Assembly: GCF_006345805.1 (NCBI RefSeq)
Contig: NC_042997.1
Location: forward strand, 106,392,001-106,456,000
Reading direction: 5' to 3'
DNA length: 64,000 nucleotides
DNA from: Octopus sinensis
Taxonomy: Eukaryota
The first letter of the stretch is position 1; each line of letters begins with the position of its first letter. This document shows positions 1-13,087 of this stretch, piece by piece. The position numbers were made by a program, and so were the translations under genes. The notes under the pieces were generated by a model, which did no database searches, was not told where the DNA came from, and was given only the letters and a program-made list of their open reading frames with translations.

Positions 1-38
<38 letters not shown>

Positions 39-161
39 AAGCATATAAATAAGTAATATATGATATATAATGTAAAATAAAAGTTCATCGTTTAGAAAAT
101 CTTTTAAAAATTACTTTTCAAATAAAGGAAACCTATAGTTAAAAATAGGTTTTGCAATGGT

Positions 162-434
162 TTATAGGGACTTTTCAGGATTGTAATCAATGTTCTGTTG
201 AACTTGTTGGATAAATTCAGGTGTTCTGATGACTTCAGAGCATTTAGAATGCTTTTTATACTTTGCTAGTGGTGATATGTTTCCACCTTTAGTCTCTAAC
301 TCTTTACAAACTTTGTAGATGAAAGATCTGGCAACTTTTAAAAATCGAGATGTTTCTAAATCATTATGCTCAGCCTTTATAACCGCAATAACAGCATGCC
401 TCTTCATTTCTTGAGTAAGCTGAGGGTCTGCCAT
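162..434 (-). mobile_element. Tc1/mariner (IS630 superfamily) transposase N-terminal HTH fragment
   Basis: KRHAVI..RFLKVARSFIYKV..IRTPEFIQQVQ..NPEKS resembles the transposase HTH region. Confidence 0.6.
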
Positions 435-779
435 TATTATTTTCTGAAAGAGAAATTATACAATGAATCCACTGGTGTATTACCTATATTTAATTATGAG
501 TGTTGATATTGATGCTCATAAATGGTAAGTAATCACAAAAATAAATTAAAGTTTATCAATATTCAAGGGAAGCAGAAAATGGAGATATGATTGATGAATA
601 ACAATTGATTTATGCTGTGGGACTGAACCTGGGAACCATGTGGTTAGTATCTATCTATACATATATATATAGTTGGAATTTGCAAAAAACAAAAGATGAA
701 GATAGGTGTGTAAACAACAATCAGGTGAGAAAGTCTTTTACATTTCAAGCCTACGCTCTTCAACAGAAAGGAACACGAG

Positions 780-1380
780 AAAATAAACAGAGATATCAGG
801 AAACCATGGTGGTCCTCTGGAAGACATTGGTCCTCTGGAAGACATTTAAGCCGCTTGACTATTGCTCCCAGCTATGGTCACCAACCAGTGTATAATTGAT
901 TGCAGAACTTGTAATCCAACGAAGCTACACGAAGACGATAGCCTCTATGCAGCATATTTAGCTACTGGGAAAGAGTCAAGAGATCGAGACTATTTTCTAG
1001 AGCTTAAGCAGGAAAGATATGCCATAATATACATCCGGAAGATCCTAGAGTGACTTGTCCCAAACTTTGGCATCGAGAGTTATACTAATGCTAGAAAAGG
1101 ACGCCATTGCATAGTGCCAAAAACTCCAACTTTGCCATCAAGATATAGGAGAAGATATTGCAACAGCCTGGGCTTTAAAGGCCCTTATCTCTTCAATATC
1201 CTCCCGGAGGACCTGAGAGATCTACATGAGGTAATGTAAGTGCCTTCAAAGTGAAACTAGACCTCTTACTGTCAAGTGTCTCAGATGAACCAACTTCACG
1301 GCAGGAAGTGCAGGTGAGAGAAGCAGCGTCAAACTCCCTCATGCACCAAACGTCAATTTCTAAAAAGAATTAGTGAAGTA
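780..1380 (+). mobile_element. CR1/L2-like LINE 3' fragment
   Basis: LWKTF..LDYCSQLWSP; ERYAIIYIRKILE*LVPNFGI. Confidence 0.75.
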
Positions 1381-1487
1381 AAATTACGTGGCAACACCAA
1401 ATGGCGGTGCTCCAGCATGGCCACATCTCCTGAGCTGAACCTAGATAAAATCAAATCATTATATATATGTATATATATATATATATG

Positions 1488-1885
1488 TATATTATATTAA
1501 ATTAGAGATAAAACCACTATTAGGCAAATCAAACAATGAAAAACATAAGCCAATACATAAAATTAATTAATTTATATTATTTTAAATATATCGAAGATTG
1601 ACTGTAACCATAACTCGAATTATTACGAATTGTACAGTCATGAAACGATCGTAGTGTTTTACTCTTAATCTTTTATTAAACTTTTAATATTTTTGATATA
1701 TTTAAAATAATATAAATTAATTAATTTTATGTATTGGCTTATGTTTTTCATTGTTTGATTTGCCTAATAGTGGTTTTATCTCTAATTTAATATAATATAA
1801 TATAATATTTTACTATAAAATTGGATTTAATCCTAAATCTGATTTTTCCCTGTAAGTTTGGATTTATTCTCTAATATTTTATTAT
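1488..1885 (+). mobile_element. Penelope-like pLTR remnant with a 105-bp inverted repeat and a truncated hammerhead
   Basis: Arms 1488-1592 and 1695-1799 are reverse complements. 1593-1885 matches 42906-43310. Spacer reads GAAGA..tgactgta/tacagtca..GAAACGATCGTA. Flanked by (TA)n. Confidence 0.75.
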
Positions 1886-1908
1886 ATATATGTATATATA
1901 TAATTATG

Positions 1909-1941
<33 letters not shown>

Positions 1942-1994
1942 GTATATATATAATTATATATATATATCGATGTATATATATATATATGTATATA

Positions 1995-2069
<75 letters not shown>

Positions 2070-2477
2070 CAGGATGTGTGTGTGTGCGCGCGCGCTGTGT
2101 ACGTGAATGTAGTTTATACACATCCACAAATTAGCACACATGTCGCTCAAATTTTAGGAGGACATTCGTCACGATCCTAGCTGTATTTTCGTCAAATTTC
2201 TTTCACCCGAGGCACCAGCGAATAGCTGTAAAAATCGATTTTCATCTATAACTTTTACCAATTTTCACGTCGGTGAAATCCGGCGTTTGCTAACATTAGT
2301 TAAGTCCCCTGCAATGGCGGCTATTATACAGAAAAAACAAAGATAAACTATTTCGTTTTTGGATTTAGTTTGCAAGATTCTTTATGTGAGTTCGTGTTGT
2401 CTGAAAGAAATATATATATAAGCAATAATAAATCTCTGAACGAGATGTAAACAGTAAGCGCTCAACAACGTAAATTA

Positions 2478-2891
2478 TACTAGCCATCTCAATAAGGCTA
2501 ACCACTAGGGGTGGGTGTTACTGTAGCTCTTTAGCCCCAGGAGATCATCGTCTCCAGCTGGCCTTAGACACAATTTCTGTGCCCTTATGATATTTGCAAA
2601 GGGAGGTCATCCCCTCTTGTAAACCTAAATGAAAAACACTAAATAGATATTCGCAAACAGGTCTCTCCTCATCGAAAACCCGTGATTACCGTGTGTTGAC
2701 AAGAGACAATAATCTCGAAACTCCAGTCCACGCGTATCACTTAAGTTTACGAGAGGGGATGATCTCCCTTTGCAAATATCATAAGGGCACAGAAATTGTG
2801 TCTAAAGCCAGCTGGAGACGATGATCTCCTGGGGCTAAAAACCTACAGTAACACCCACCCCCAGTGGTTAGCCATATTGAGATGGCTAGTA
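2478..2891. repeat. Fold-back element with about 155-bp inverted arms (hammerhead in spacer)
   Basis: 2478-2632 is the reverse complement of 2737-2891 with few mismatches. Confidence 0.85.
2690..2734 (+). ncRNA. Degenerate type I hammerhead ribozyme
   Basis: Stem I cgtgtg/cacgcg; core TTGACAA (two changes from CTGACGA); stem II gaga/tctc; GAAAC-tcca-GTC cleavage site. Confidence 0.65.
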
Positions 2892-3479
2892 ATATATATA
2901 TAGTTTTAATTATACAGGAAAACAAAGATGAACCGCTCTGAAAGAAATGTATATACAGTATACATATAGTATATATTTAATTTTTCTATATATTTCATTT
3001 TAAATGAAATTTTGAATGTTAGATAATTAATGTTGGTTTATTCAATTAGAAAACAAAAACCTAATGACGATGTAATTAGCAATTAGCACATTTCGTTTCT
3101 TAATTTCTGTTTGTTTTAATATTTAAATTCTTTATTTGACTGTTATTTTCAGCCATAGCTTACTTATTTCTGTTTATGAAATTCTCTGTACGTACTTTTG
3201 CTTTCTTGGCGATCGAAGCAAATCGATGACTTCGTGCTATAGCCGTTTTTCTTCCTATGTGATTTAAAGCATTTTTTGTTATGTGGCATTTCAAAATTAG
3301 AAGCGAGTTCTGAACATGCTATTCAAGTTCGCTGAAACTTATCTCCTGCCGCTCAAAATTACAACTCAAATGGGATAAAGCGTACACGCATCACAACCAC
3401 ATTTATTGTGTGTTTGTGTGTGCATGTGTGTGTAGACTTACAATATATCCCATTGTTAAGAAAATTTTACATAATCATT

Positions 3480-3850
3480 CAATAAAACTCAAATGGGATA
3501 AAGAGTACACGCTTTATCCGCCTAAACAGTGCAACGGGACCTGCTTGGTAGTCAAGTCCCTGACGCCCCACTTTATTGAGGCCACCATTGTTACGGGATG
3601 GGGGAAAATGTTTTCATTTCAAGGATGCACCTTTATCCCACGGGTTCAGACATACCATTTAACATCCGCAGATCGCCATGTCCATCAACAAACCCCAAGG
3701 CCGAACACTATCGTTGGCGGTCATCCATTTGGGGGAGCCGTGCTTTCCACATGGGCAACTTTATGTGGCCTGCTCCCGTGTGAGGAGTAGAAACGCTCTT
3801 TTGTGTATGCTCAACAGGACAGAACACACAATGTTGTCTATAGCGAAGTA
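3480..3850 (+). mobile_element. Helitron PIF1-helicase C-terminal fragment
   Basis: PPKQCNGTCLVVK..IEATIVTG..GENVFISRM; SINKPQG; FPHGQLYVACSRV; THNVVY across frames. Confidence 0.85.
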
Positions 3851-3866
3851 GAAAGAACAAGCCATC

Positions 3867-5080
3867 ACTCTGATCTCAAATATCTTGACTTCAGTAAATT
3901 GTTGGTGAGAGTCCACCTCAATAACCTCCTGTGAAAATTGTCAAATATTGGAACCCGTGGAAAACTGCCAGATTGGAATAACTACTTCCTGGTGAACAAA
4001 ATTCATGCCCAGAAAGAGTCACCAGTGGTGTCTCTCAGGTGACTGTTTTGGTCCCATTTCTGTTCATCGTCCATATAAACGACATTTCAAACGTCATCGA
4101 ACACAGCAAAGTAAACATATTTGCAGGTGAAACCAAGCTCCTGAAGATTATCAATGAATAACAAGACCGAACTGAACTCCAGACGGATCTACATGCTGTA
4201 AGCCAACTGGCACACAAAAACAAAATGTAGTTAAATGAGGGAAGATCTGAACTGATGCATTTTGGAAAAAAGATTACGTTTAACCAAACATATTCTTTTC
4301 AAAAAGAGGAACCACTCACAATATCCTATAATATTTAGTGACTTTAGAGTGACTGTTGACAACAATCACAGCTGGAGTGTCCACATCAATAATAAAGTTG
4401 ATATAGTTCGCAGGACGAGCTACTGGATATTCAGAACTTTCTGGTCAGAGAGCAAGATGTCATCGTTCCTCTCTTCTCTTCTTTTTTAGGGCTACACCTA
4501 GAATCCTGCTACACATGTTGTCTTCCCACACAAAGCAAAACGTTGCAAGAATTGAGCCACCCTAGAAAGTTTACTAAAAAATCAAAGGCATGGCTGATTT
4601 TGATTATTGGGACCACTGTAAAACATTGGAACTTTATTTACCTCAACGCTGCTGCGAGCGCTACATTAGTTGCACAATGTAGAGAATACATCACCAGCTT
4701 ACGACCTTAACATTAGATTCAGAATTTATCCAAGGCGGGGACCACGTGGTATATGCCTCCTACACTATTCAGGATCACAGCTCATAAATTCACTGCAACA
4801 CAATTTCTTTTCCTCGATAGGTCCTGCTCTATTTTAACATTATCCCAAAACAAATCAAAGAGGAAAAAGATACCATCACCTTCAAATGAATCCTGGACAG
4901 ATTTCTTCAAAGAATAACAGATAAGCCACCTATACCTGGATACATCTCAGTCAACAACTCCTTACTTGAACGGGCAATGATAACACAAAATCTAACCAAC
5001 ACATGACTAAACAGATCCTATTAAGTATTGCTATTAATTTAGACATGCTCTGGGCCAATCTTTGGCCGAAATATCTCTAA
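3867..5080 (+). mobile_element. CR1-like LINE RT fragment (duplicate of 54742-55800)
   Basis: SGVSQVTVLVPFLFIVHINDI..IFAGETKL (decayed SGVPQGSVLGP..FADDTK). Shares defects with 54742-55800. Confidence 0.8.
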
Positions 5081-5142
5081 GTTATCTGTCTATCTATTTA
5101 TCTAGCAATCTATCAGTCTTTCTGTCTATTTGTCTGTCTGTT

Positions 5143-5175
<33 letters not shown>

Positions 5176-5226
5176 GCCTGTCTGTCTGAATGTCAGTATG
5201 TATGTATGTATGTATGTATGTATGTA

Positions 5227-5273
<47 letters not shown>

Positions 5274-5289
5274 ATATGTATGTATGTAT

Positions 5290-6720
5290 GCCTCATCTGT
5301 ATTTAATCATTTATATTCTTCCTCTGAAGAAGGAGTTGGTTTCTTACAAACATACAAAGCTCCATCTTTGGAATGTTGATAACGAAAACGTCACATTTTA
5401 AACCTGAGAAAAGTCTTGTACAGTTTTACTGCTCCGTTTACAGATTGTATTTGCAACGTGCGAATCAGTTGGTTGATAACTTTTTCTGAAAAGCCAAGCT
5501 TATCTAGACTTACAGTTAGTTATCAGTATAAATATAAATTTGTATTCCGCATATAGAAGCTGGGGGTTTCGAAGCAGTTGTCCGTAGTTGCCTTGTTTCT
5601 CTTTGATTTTCAAAGAGATATTCACATCATCAGGACAGCTAACCTCTATGACGGCACATAGTTTTTCTTGTTTGGTCCAAACAACAATATCCGGCCGGTT
5701 ATACTTAGACTTGACAGGTGTTGTGATGGGTATCTTCCACCAGTATTCCTTGTGTTGATATTTGTGTACGTATTCAATAACAGGTATTCTCTATATTTAT
5801 TCCAAGACATTCTTTTTTTGCAACAATTTCATATCTCATAGAGAGGCTGTGCCTTGGTGACATTTTTTGGACAGCCGCTAATCACATGTGTGGTGTCTTG
5901 CACAAAAATATAACATTATTTACATTTAAGCTGATTCTTGGAACTCCAAAGGGCTCACTGTCTCTTTTGTTGATGAAGTATTTAGTAGTGATCTCCTGTT
6001 CTTGGATTGTAAATGAAGAGCCTTTGAAGTGGGATGTGATGTAGCATTCACGAGTCCAAGAGAGATTTCGTTCATGTCAATGTTCCTATCTTCTTCAAGT
6101 AAACGAGAAACATACCCATACATAGTCTTTTTTCCTTGGTATGCTGAGCATTTCACCTCCAGGTCTTCTTTGAGGTATGTTAGTCCAGCTGATTTGGGGT
6201 TGCATGGGAGGTCATTAGGACTAGGAGCTCACTTCCAACACGTAGGATATTGTTTTCTTCACTTTTCAGCATGTAGTTAATGTATATATTTTTGTTGTAG
6301 TTGTTGTTTAGCAAATGCGGTCTGAGAGAGACTATACGACATTGAAAGAATCTCTGCACTCAGCTTAAACCTCTACTTCTTTTGCGTCTTCTTAAGTAGA
6401 GCCTGTCGATATCACTATTTTTGTTTTGTGGAGGTTTCCAAATGAAATTAGAATCTTGAGGGTTAAACTGTCTATGGAGTGGATTTATACTACAGACCAG
6501 TCGAGTATCCCAAATACATTGTGAAACATTATCTTGTTGTAAAATCAGAGTTCAAACTGCATATTTTTCTTAGTCTGGTGTAATATTGCTGGGCGACTCC
6601 ATCTTTATTCACAGTTCATTTATTGTTATGATATATTTTCATCAATACTGAGGTACATGTAGCATTTTTTGTGTGGGACAGGAGAGATAGTGAGACCATT
6701 GATGCGCAAGTGTTGCATCT
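5290..6720 (-). mobile_element. R4/Dong/NeSL-like RLE LINE fragment
   Basis: KTMYGY; QEITTK; THVISGCPKM zinc knuckle remnant; YNRPDIVVW..AVIEVSCPDDVN (PD-(D/E)xK nuclease). Paralog of 56010-57350. Confidence 0.8.
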
Positions 6721-6854
6721 GGAAAACTAATTTTCCTCGTTAACAAAATTATTACAGCGTCAACAATACATACATGCATGCATACATACATACATACATA
6801 CATACATACATGCATACATACATACATACATACATACATACATACATACATACA

Positions 6855-6885
<31 letters not shown>

Positions 6886-7079
6886 GAAACGAGCTTAGTG
6901 CGAGTGAATATCTTCGTGCACTTTTGGGGTGCACAAAGCAATCACTCACTAGCCGTTGCTTTAATTATCCAGAATTCTACTAGTCAGAAACAACAAGACG
7001 CAGACGTAAAATATATATATACTACTTTATTCTCTTTCTTGGTAAACAATAACAATACTGGTGTTATCTGATGTCCTTG

Positions 7080-7460
7080 ATTCTGGGCGCGCAAGGCTGA
7101 AAGTTAATAGATTGTAATATTTACAATCTTCAGCCCAAAAACGGAAAGGGGTCAAGATGGCGTCGAACAATGGAGATGATGTTGGTCTGCAACAATTTGG
7201 TAAGGACTGCTAGAAGCTAGTTCCAACGGAGAGAAAATATATCGCGTGACGCCGCCTTCAATCGCTGGGTCCCAAGTCGTCGATGACTGCTGCTAGTGGT
7301 CAAACGTTCTACGACCCCTTGCCTCGCTAACTGCTACGTAGGCAATAGGGTTCTTCTTCCGGTGCTTCGCGCATGCGCGAGAGGGCCCTTCCTCTCACTT
7401 GGTGAAGGCACCAACACGCGCGAAATACAAATGGACAGTGCGCGAGCGCGCGCCGTTGTA
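7080..7460 (+). promoter_or_regulatory. CpG-rich island with YY1, ETS and NRF1-like motifs and a possible short first coding exon (7157-7199)
   Basis: Locally GC- and CpG-rich. CAAGATGGCG at 7153-7162; CTTCCGG near 7356; palindrome TCGCGCATGCGCGA at 7367-7380; ATG frame MASNNGDDVGLQQF ending at G|GTAAGG. Confidence 0.45.
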
Positions 7461-7469
7461 GGATCACTA

Positions 7470-7591
7470 CACATACATACATACATATATACATGCATAC
7501 ATACATACATATATACATGCATACATGCATACATACATACATGCATACATACATGCATGCATACATACATACATACATACATGCATACATG

Positions 7592-7623
<32 letters not shown>

Positions 7624-7685
7624 CATGCATACATGCATACATACATACATACATACATACATACATACATACATACATACATACA

Positions 7686-7719
<34 letters not shown>

Positions 7720-7785
7720 CATGCATACATGCATGCATACATACATATATACATACATACATACATACATACATACATACATACA

Positions 7786-7815
<30 letters not shown>
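7470..7815. repeat. (TACA)n microsatellite, representative of many (TA)n, (TACA)n, (CA)n, (TAGA)n and (TAT)n tracts
   Basis: Directly visible. Similar tracts at 1-36, 1885-2063, 6770-6883, 11722-11912, 24089-24327, 24634-24811, 28545-28740, 41790-41990, 48255-48740 and 63740-63875. Confidence 0.97.
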
Positions 7816-7816
<1 letters not shown>

Positions 7817-8000
7817 GTTAAAATACATATACGTGTACATATACGAGCGTATATACATATATGTGGGTGCGATTTTTTTTTTTTGCGTGGGTGTGAGTCT
7901 TTTATTCTGTATGTACGTGCAAACGGACGGACGGATAACTGAATCGATGAATGGATTGATTGATTGATTGATAGATTGAAAGAACTGTATGCGTGTAAAT

Positions 8001-8050
<50 letters not shown>

Positions 8051-8119
8051 ACACAGACAAGTCTATCCTGAATATGTGTGCACGTAGAAATAATGAATTG
8101 TGTTCATATATATATTACT

Positions 8120-8339
8120 CTCTTTTCTCTTTTACTTGTTTCAGTCATTTGACTGCGGCCATGCTGGAGCACCGCCTTTAATCGAGCAACTCGACCCCGG
8201 GATTTATTCTTTTGTGAGCCCAGTACTTATTCTATCGGTCTCTTTTGCCGAACCACTAAGTAACGGGGACATAAACACACCAGCATCGGTTGTCAAGCAA
8301 TGCTAGGGGGACAAACACAGACACACAAACACACACACA

Positions 8340-8400
<61 letters not shown>

Positions 8401-8557
8401 GACGGGCTTCTTTCAGTTTCCGTCTACCAAATCCACTCACAAGGCTTTGATCGGCCCGAGGCTATAGTGGAAGACACTTGCCCAAGGTGCCACGCAGTGG
8501 GACTGTACCCGGTACCATGTGGTTGGTAAACAAGCTACTTACCATACAACCACTCCT
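8120..8557 (-). mobile_element. tRNA-derived SINE (octopus-type family)
   Basis: Reverse complement of ggagtggctgtgtggtaag..ggttcagtccc..ggcaccttgggcaagtgtctt..gctccagcatggccgcagtcaaatgactgaaac. Confidence 0.85.
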
Positions 8558-8887
8558 ATATTTCATATATGTATATTATTTTCATACATATATTTTCTAT
8601 TTCAATGTTATTTCTAGCAATGTTTACGAAACACGATATCTACAATATAAAGTTAAATACACTTAAATACAGTTAAGTGTCCACTTCAACGAATATTTTA
8701 GATATTAAGTAATTTATGCTCCAGGGAAAGTGTTAACAGGAACAACAACTAGCAAGACAAAAATATTATGAAAAACAAAAGCCAGACAATGTCATTGTTT
8801 ATTGTTTATTTTAAACCTTAGATAAGGAAAAGTGTTTCAACAACAGGAATTATGACACAAGAATGGGCAATCCTACTTTCCAATATA

Positions 8888-9270
8888 TAGGAGTGGTTGT
8901 ATGGTAAGTAGCTTGATTACCAACCACATGGTTCCGGGTTCAGTCCCATAACGTGGAACCTTGGGCAAGTGTCTTCTACTACAGCTTCGGGGCCGACCAA
9001 AACCTTGTGACTGGATTTGGTAGACGGAAACTGAAAGAAGCCTGTAGTATATATAACATATATATGTGTGTGTTTGTGTGTCTGTGTTTGTCCCCCACCA
9101 TCGCTTGATAACCGATGTTGGAGTGTTTACGTCCCCATAACTTAGCGGTTCGGCAAAGCAGACCAGTAGAATAAGTACTAAGCTTACGAAGAATAAGTCC
9201 TGGGCTCGATTTGTTCGACTAAAAGGCGGTGGTCTAGCATGGCCGCAGTCAAATGACTGAAACAGATACA
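8888..9270 (+). mobile_element. tRNA-derived SINE, same family
   Basis: A/B-box-like head and conserved body and tail as above. Confidence 0.85.
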
Positions 9271-9375
9271 AAAATATATATGTATGTGTGTGTGTATGTG
9301 TGTGCGCGCGAGTGTGTATAAATATATATATATATATATATTTATACACACACACACATACATACGTATATGTAC

Positions 9376-9450
<75 letters not shown>

Positions 9451-9574
9451 CATGGCTGTGTGGTAAGTAGCTTACTTACCAGCCACATTGTTCCGGGTTC
9501 AGTCCCGATCAAAGCCTTGTGAGTGGATTTGGTAGGCGGAAACTGAAAGAAACTCGTCGTATATATACATATAT

Positions 9575-10002
9575 TCTCTCTCTATCCGCTCAGTCGAAGT
9601 CGACTCTCGGTCACTCGTTGGATCAGTGTCCTCCAGTCAGTTCTTTCCTGGGCCGCTTCCTTCAGATTGGCCATGTGTATTCCGGTATCACTCCTGATGG
9701 TGTCAAGCCAGCGGGTTCTTGGTGGACCTCTTCCTCTCTTGCCACTGACCATTCCGAGCATGATGTCATTCTCCAGGGATTTTCTCCGCATAATATGACC
9801 GAAATATGCCAATCTACGCTTGGTGATCCCAGCTTCTAGCGACATTTTCGGCCTTATCTGCTTAAGAACTTCTCCATTGGTGAACCTCGCTGTCCATCGA
9901 ATCCGCAAAAGTCTTCTCCAACACCAAGGCTCGAATGCATGAATTCTCTTCTGGTCAGCTTTCTTTAGTGTCCAGGTGTCGCATCCATATACTATTGGGA
10001 AG

Positions 10003-10005
<3 letters not shown>
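9575..10005 (-). mobile_element. RTE (BovB-like) LINE 3' end inserted in a SINE
   Basis: RLAYFGHIMRRKSLENDIMLGMVSGKRGRGPPRTRWLD. Splits the SINE halves at 9453-9562 and 10130-10340. Confidence 0.85.
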
Positions 10006-10042
<37 letters not shown>

Positions 10043-10534
10043 CACACACACACATATATAAATATATATATATACATATATATATGCGTGCGTGTTTGTG
10101 TGTATGTGTGTGTGTGTATGTGTGTGTGTGTGTTTGTGTGTCTGTGTTTGTCCTTCCACCATCGCTTGACAACCGATGCTGGTGTTTTTACGTTACTGAA
10201 CTTAGTGGTTCGGCAAAAGAATCCGATAGAATAAGTACTAGGCTTACAAAGAATAAGTCCCGGAGTCGATTTGTTCGACTAAAGGCGGTGCTTCAGTATG
10301 GCCGCAGTCAAATGACTGAATGAAATAAAAGAATAAAAGAATATATATCTATATGTGTGTGGTGTGGTGTGTTTTGAAAAATAAAGTCAGGTTTCTTTTA
10401 ATTTTGCATGAACAAACGTTGGTATGATATTTACAAAGTAGTAAAAATAAGACCCACCGTTATAGAGATGAGTATCATGTTTATAATATCATGTCAGTAG
10501 CTATACAATGGTAAAAAAAATTAAATAAATAAAT

Positions 10535-10945
10535 CTCTTCTACTTGTTTTAGTCATTTGCCTGTGGCCATGCTGGAGCACCGCCTTTAGTCGAGCAAATC
10601 GACCCCAGGACTTATTCTTTGTAAACCCAGTACTTATTCTATCGGTTTCTTTTGCCGAACCGCTAAGTTACGGGGTTGCAAACACACCAGCATCGGTTGT
10701 CAAGCGATGTTGGGGGGGGGGACAAACACAGACACACAAACATACACACACACACATACACATATATATATACATATATACGACGGGCTGCTTCCAGTTT
10801 CCGTCTAGCAAATCCACTCACAAGGCTTCGGTCGGCCTGAGGCTATAGTAGAAGACACTTGCCCAAGGTGCCACGCAGTGGGACTGAACCCAGAACCATG
10901 TTGTTGGTAAGCAAGCTACGTACCACACAGCCACTCCTACGCCTA
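10535..10945 (-). mobile_element. tRNA-derived SINE, same family
   Basis: Full-length reverse copy. Confidence 0.85.
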
Positions 10946-11343
10946 TAAATGGTAAAAAAATATTCCAAATTGCAAAGGAATCCCTCCCCCTCCTTTTCTC
11001 TACCTATTTGTCTGTCTATTTATCAATCTATCTATTTATCTATCTATTTGTCTGTCTGTTTGTCTATCTATTACCTATCTATCTACTTATTTATCCCCAT
11101 TGTCCTGGAACCTCACCTAAGAGAACAAAAAATAAGAAAAACAATGTTCTCTTCCAAAAAACAAGAAAAAAATCACTTGATTTGTATAAATGAAGAACCT
11201 GTTTGCACATTCACTATTTTATTTGACAAGTTCGAAAACGAACGAAAGGGCTAAAATTCTATCGTCCTCTTCTTCTCAATATTCAATATCTGTACACCAA
11301 TTCTAACACACACACACACACACACACATACTCTCTCTCTCTT

Positions 11344-11397
<54 letters not shown>

Positions 11398-11431
11398 CGG
11401 GTATGAGTAAGTATTTCACTTATATCTCGCG

Positions 11432-11497
11432 TATTTGCCGCTGAAGAGGGGAAACTTTCTTACGAATTAACCCCGAAATTGGACCAATACGGTAATA
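11432..11497 (+). ncRNA. Type I minimal hammerhead ribozyme, intact core
   Basis: Stem I ttgccg/cggtaa; CTGAAGA at 11441-11447; stem II gggg/cccc; GAAA at 11475-11478; quasi-palindromic stem III attgg-a-ccaat; cleavage triplet ATA (cut after 11489). Confidence 0.8.
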
Positions 11498-11719
11498 ACG
11501 AATTTTTTAGAGATTTCTATCGGTTTGTTTCGAGATGCATAAATTATAATGGTTTATTGACAAACAATTATTGTCTTTTTTTTCGGCATATTTGGCATTA
11601 GAATTTTTCTTTTGCCCTTATCTTGTAAATTATTTATAAATGTAACCTTTAAAGGTATTTTTTGATATGCTGACCATTGATCAAAATTTTTTCCCGAAAA
11701 ATATTTTATCCTACATTAG

Positions 11720-11800
<81 letters not shown>

Positions 11801-11813
11801 TATATAATTATAT

Positions 11814-11886
<73 letters not shown>

Positions 11887-12001
11887 CTATATATATATAT
11901 ATATATATATACATTATGCATGTTTTATAAATCCGTCTAATAAAGACCCGAAACATATGTACCGCTGAATCCTTGGCATCATGTTTTTATTTTGATTAAT
12001 T

Positions 12002-12034
<33 letters not shown>

Positions 12035-12552
12035 TATATATATGCATATATATACATACATATATGTACGTACTTACATATATATGTAAATATATAATTA
12101 TACACGACACTAACTCAACACACACACATATGAATACATACATATTTATGTGTTGAGTGTGCATGTCACATTTTCCGTTTGTTGTCTTTTTATTTAATCC
12201 TGAAAATATTATTTATGTAACGCACGCACTCATGAATTTTTTACCTATACATATCTATATATATTTCGTTTTTGTGTTAGGTTTGCAAGATTCTTTATTT
12301 GAGTTCGTGTGTTGAAGCATATTCTGTTGTGTCTGGGTAGAGTCATTTTCTTTTTGTGCCTTATAATTTAACACACTCACCGTAAGATTTCCACTTATTT
12401 CTTTTTTTTTTATTTCCTAAAATTTTCGTTGCGTCTTGCAAACTATTCAATAGTCGTGACTGGGAATCGAAACCGCGATCCTACAACCGTGAGTCCGCTG
12501 CTCTAACCTCTGTATCTATATCTATCTATCTATCTACTATCTATTATATATA

Positions 12553-12598
<46 letters not shown>

Positions 12599-12702
12599 CA
12601 AAGAAAAGGAAGACGGAGGGGAAAAAAACACCACTATCCACACACATATATATGAGTAATATATAATATATAATATATTATATATATTATATATATATAT
12701 AT

Positions 12703-12771
<69 letters not shown>

Positions 12772-12797
12772 ATGTATATATTTATATATTTATAGAG

Positions 12798-12832
<35 letters not shown>

Positions 12833-13042
12833 AAGATATACATACATACATACATACATACATACAACATACATACATACATACATACATATACGCACAC
12901 GCACATATATGCATGCGTATACAATAAAAAATATACAATAGTGTAAGTGCGCGTGAGTTTTTGTACGTGCATAAGTTTTTGTACGTGCATAAGTGCGTGA
13001 GAGAGAGAGAGAGGGGAGGGAGAGTGTGTGTGTGTGTTGTGT

Positions 13043-13087
<45 letters not shown>

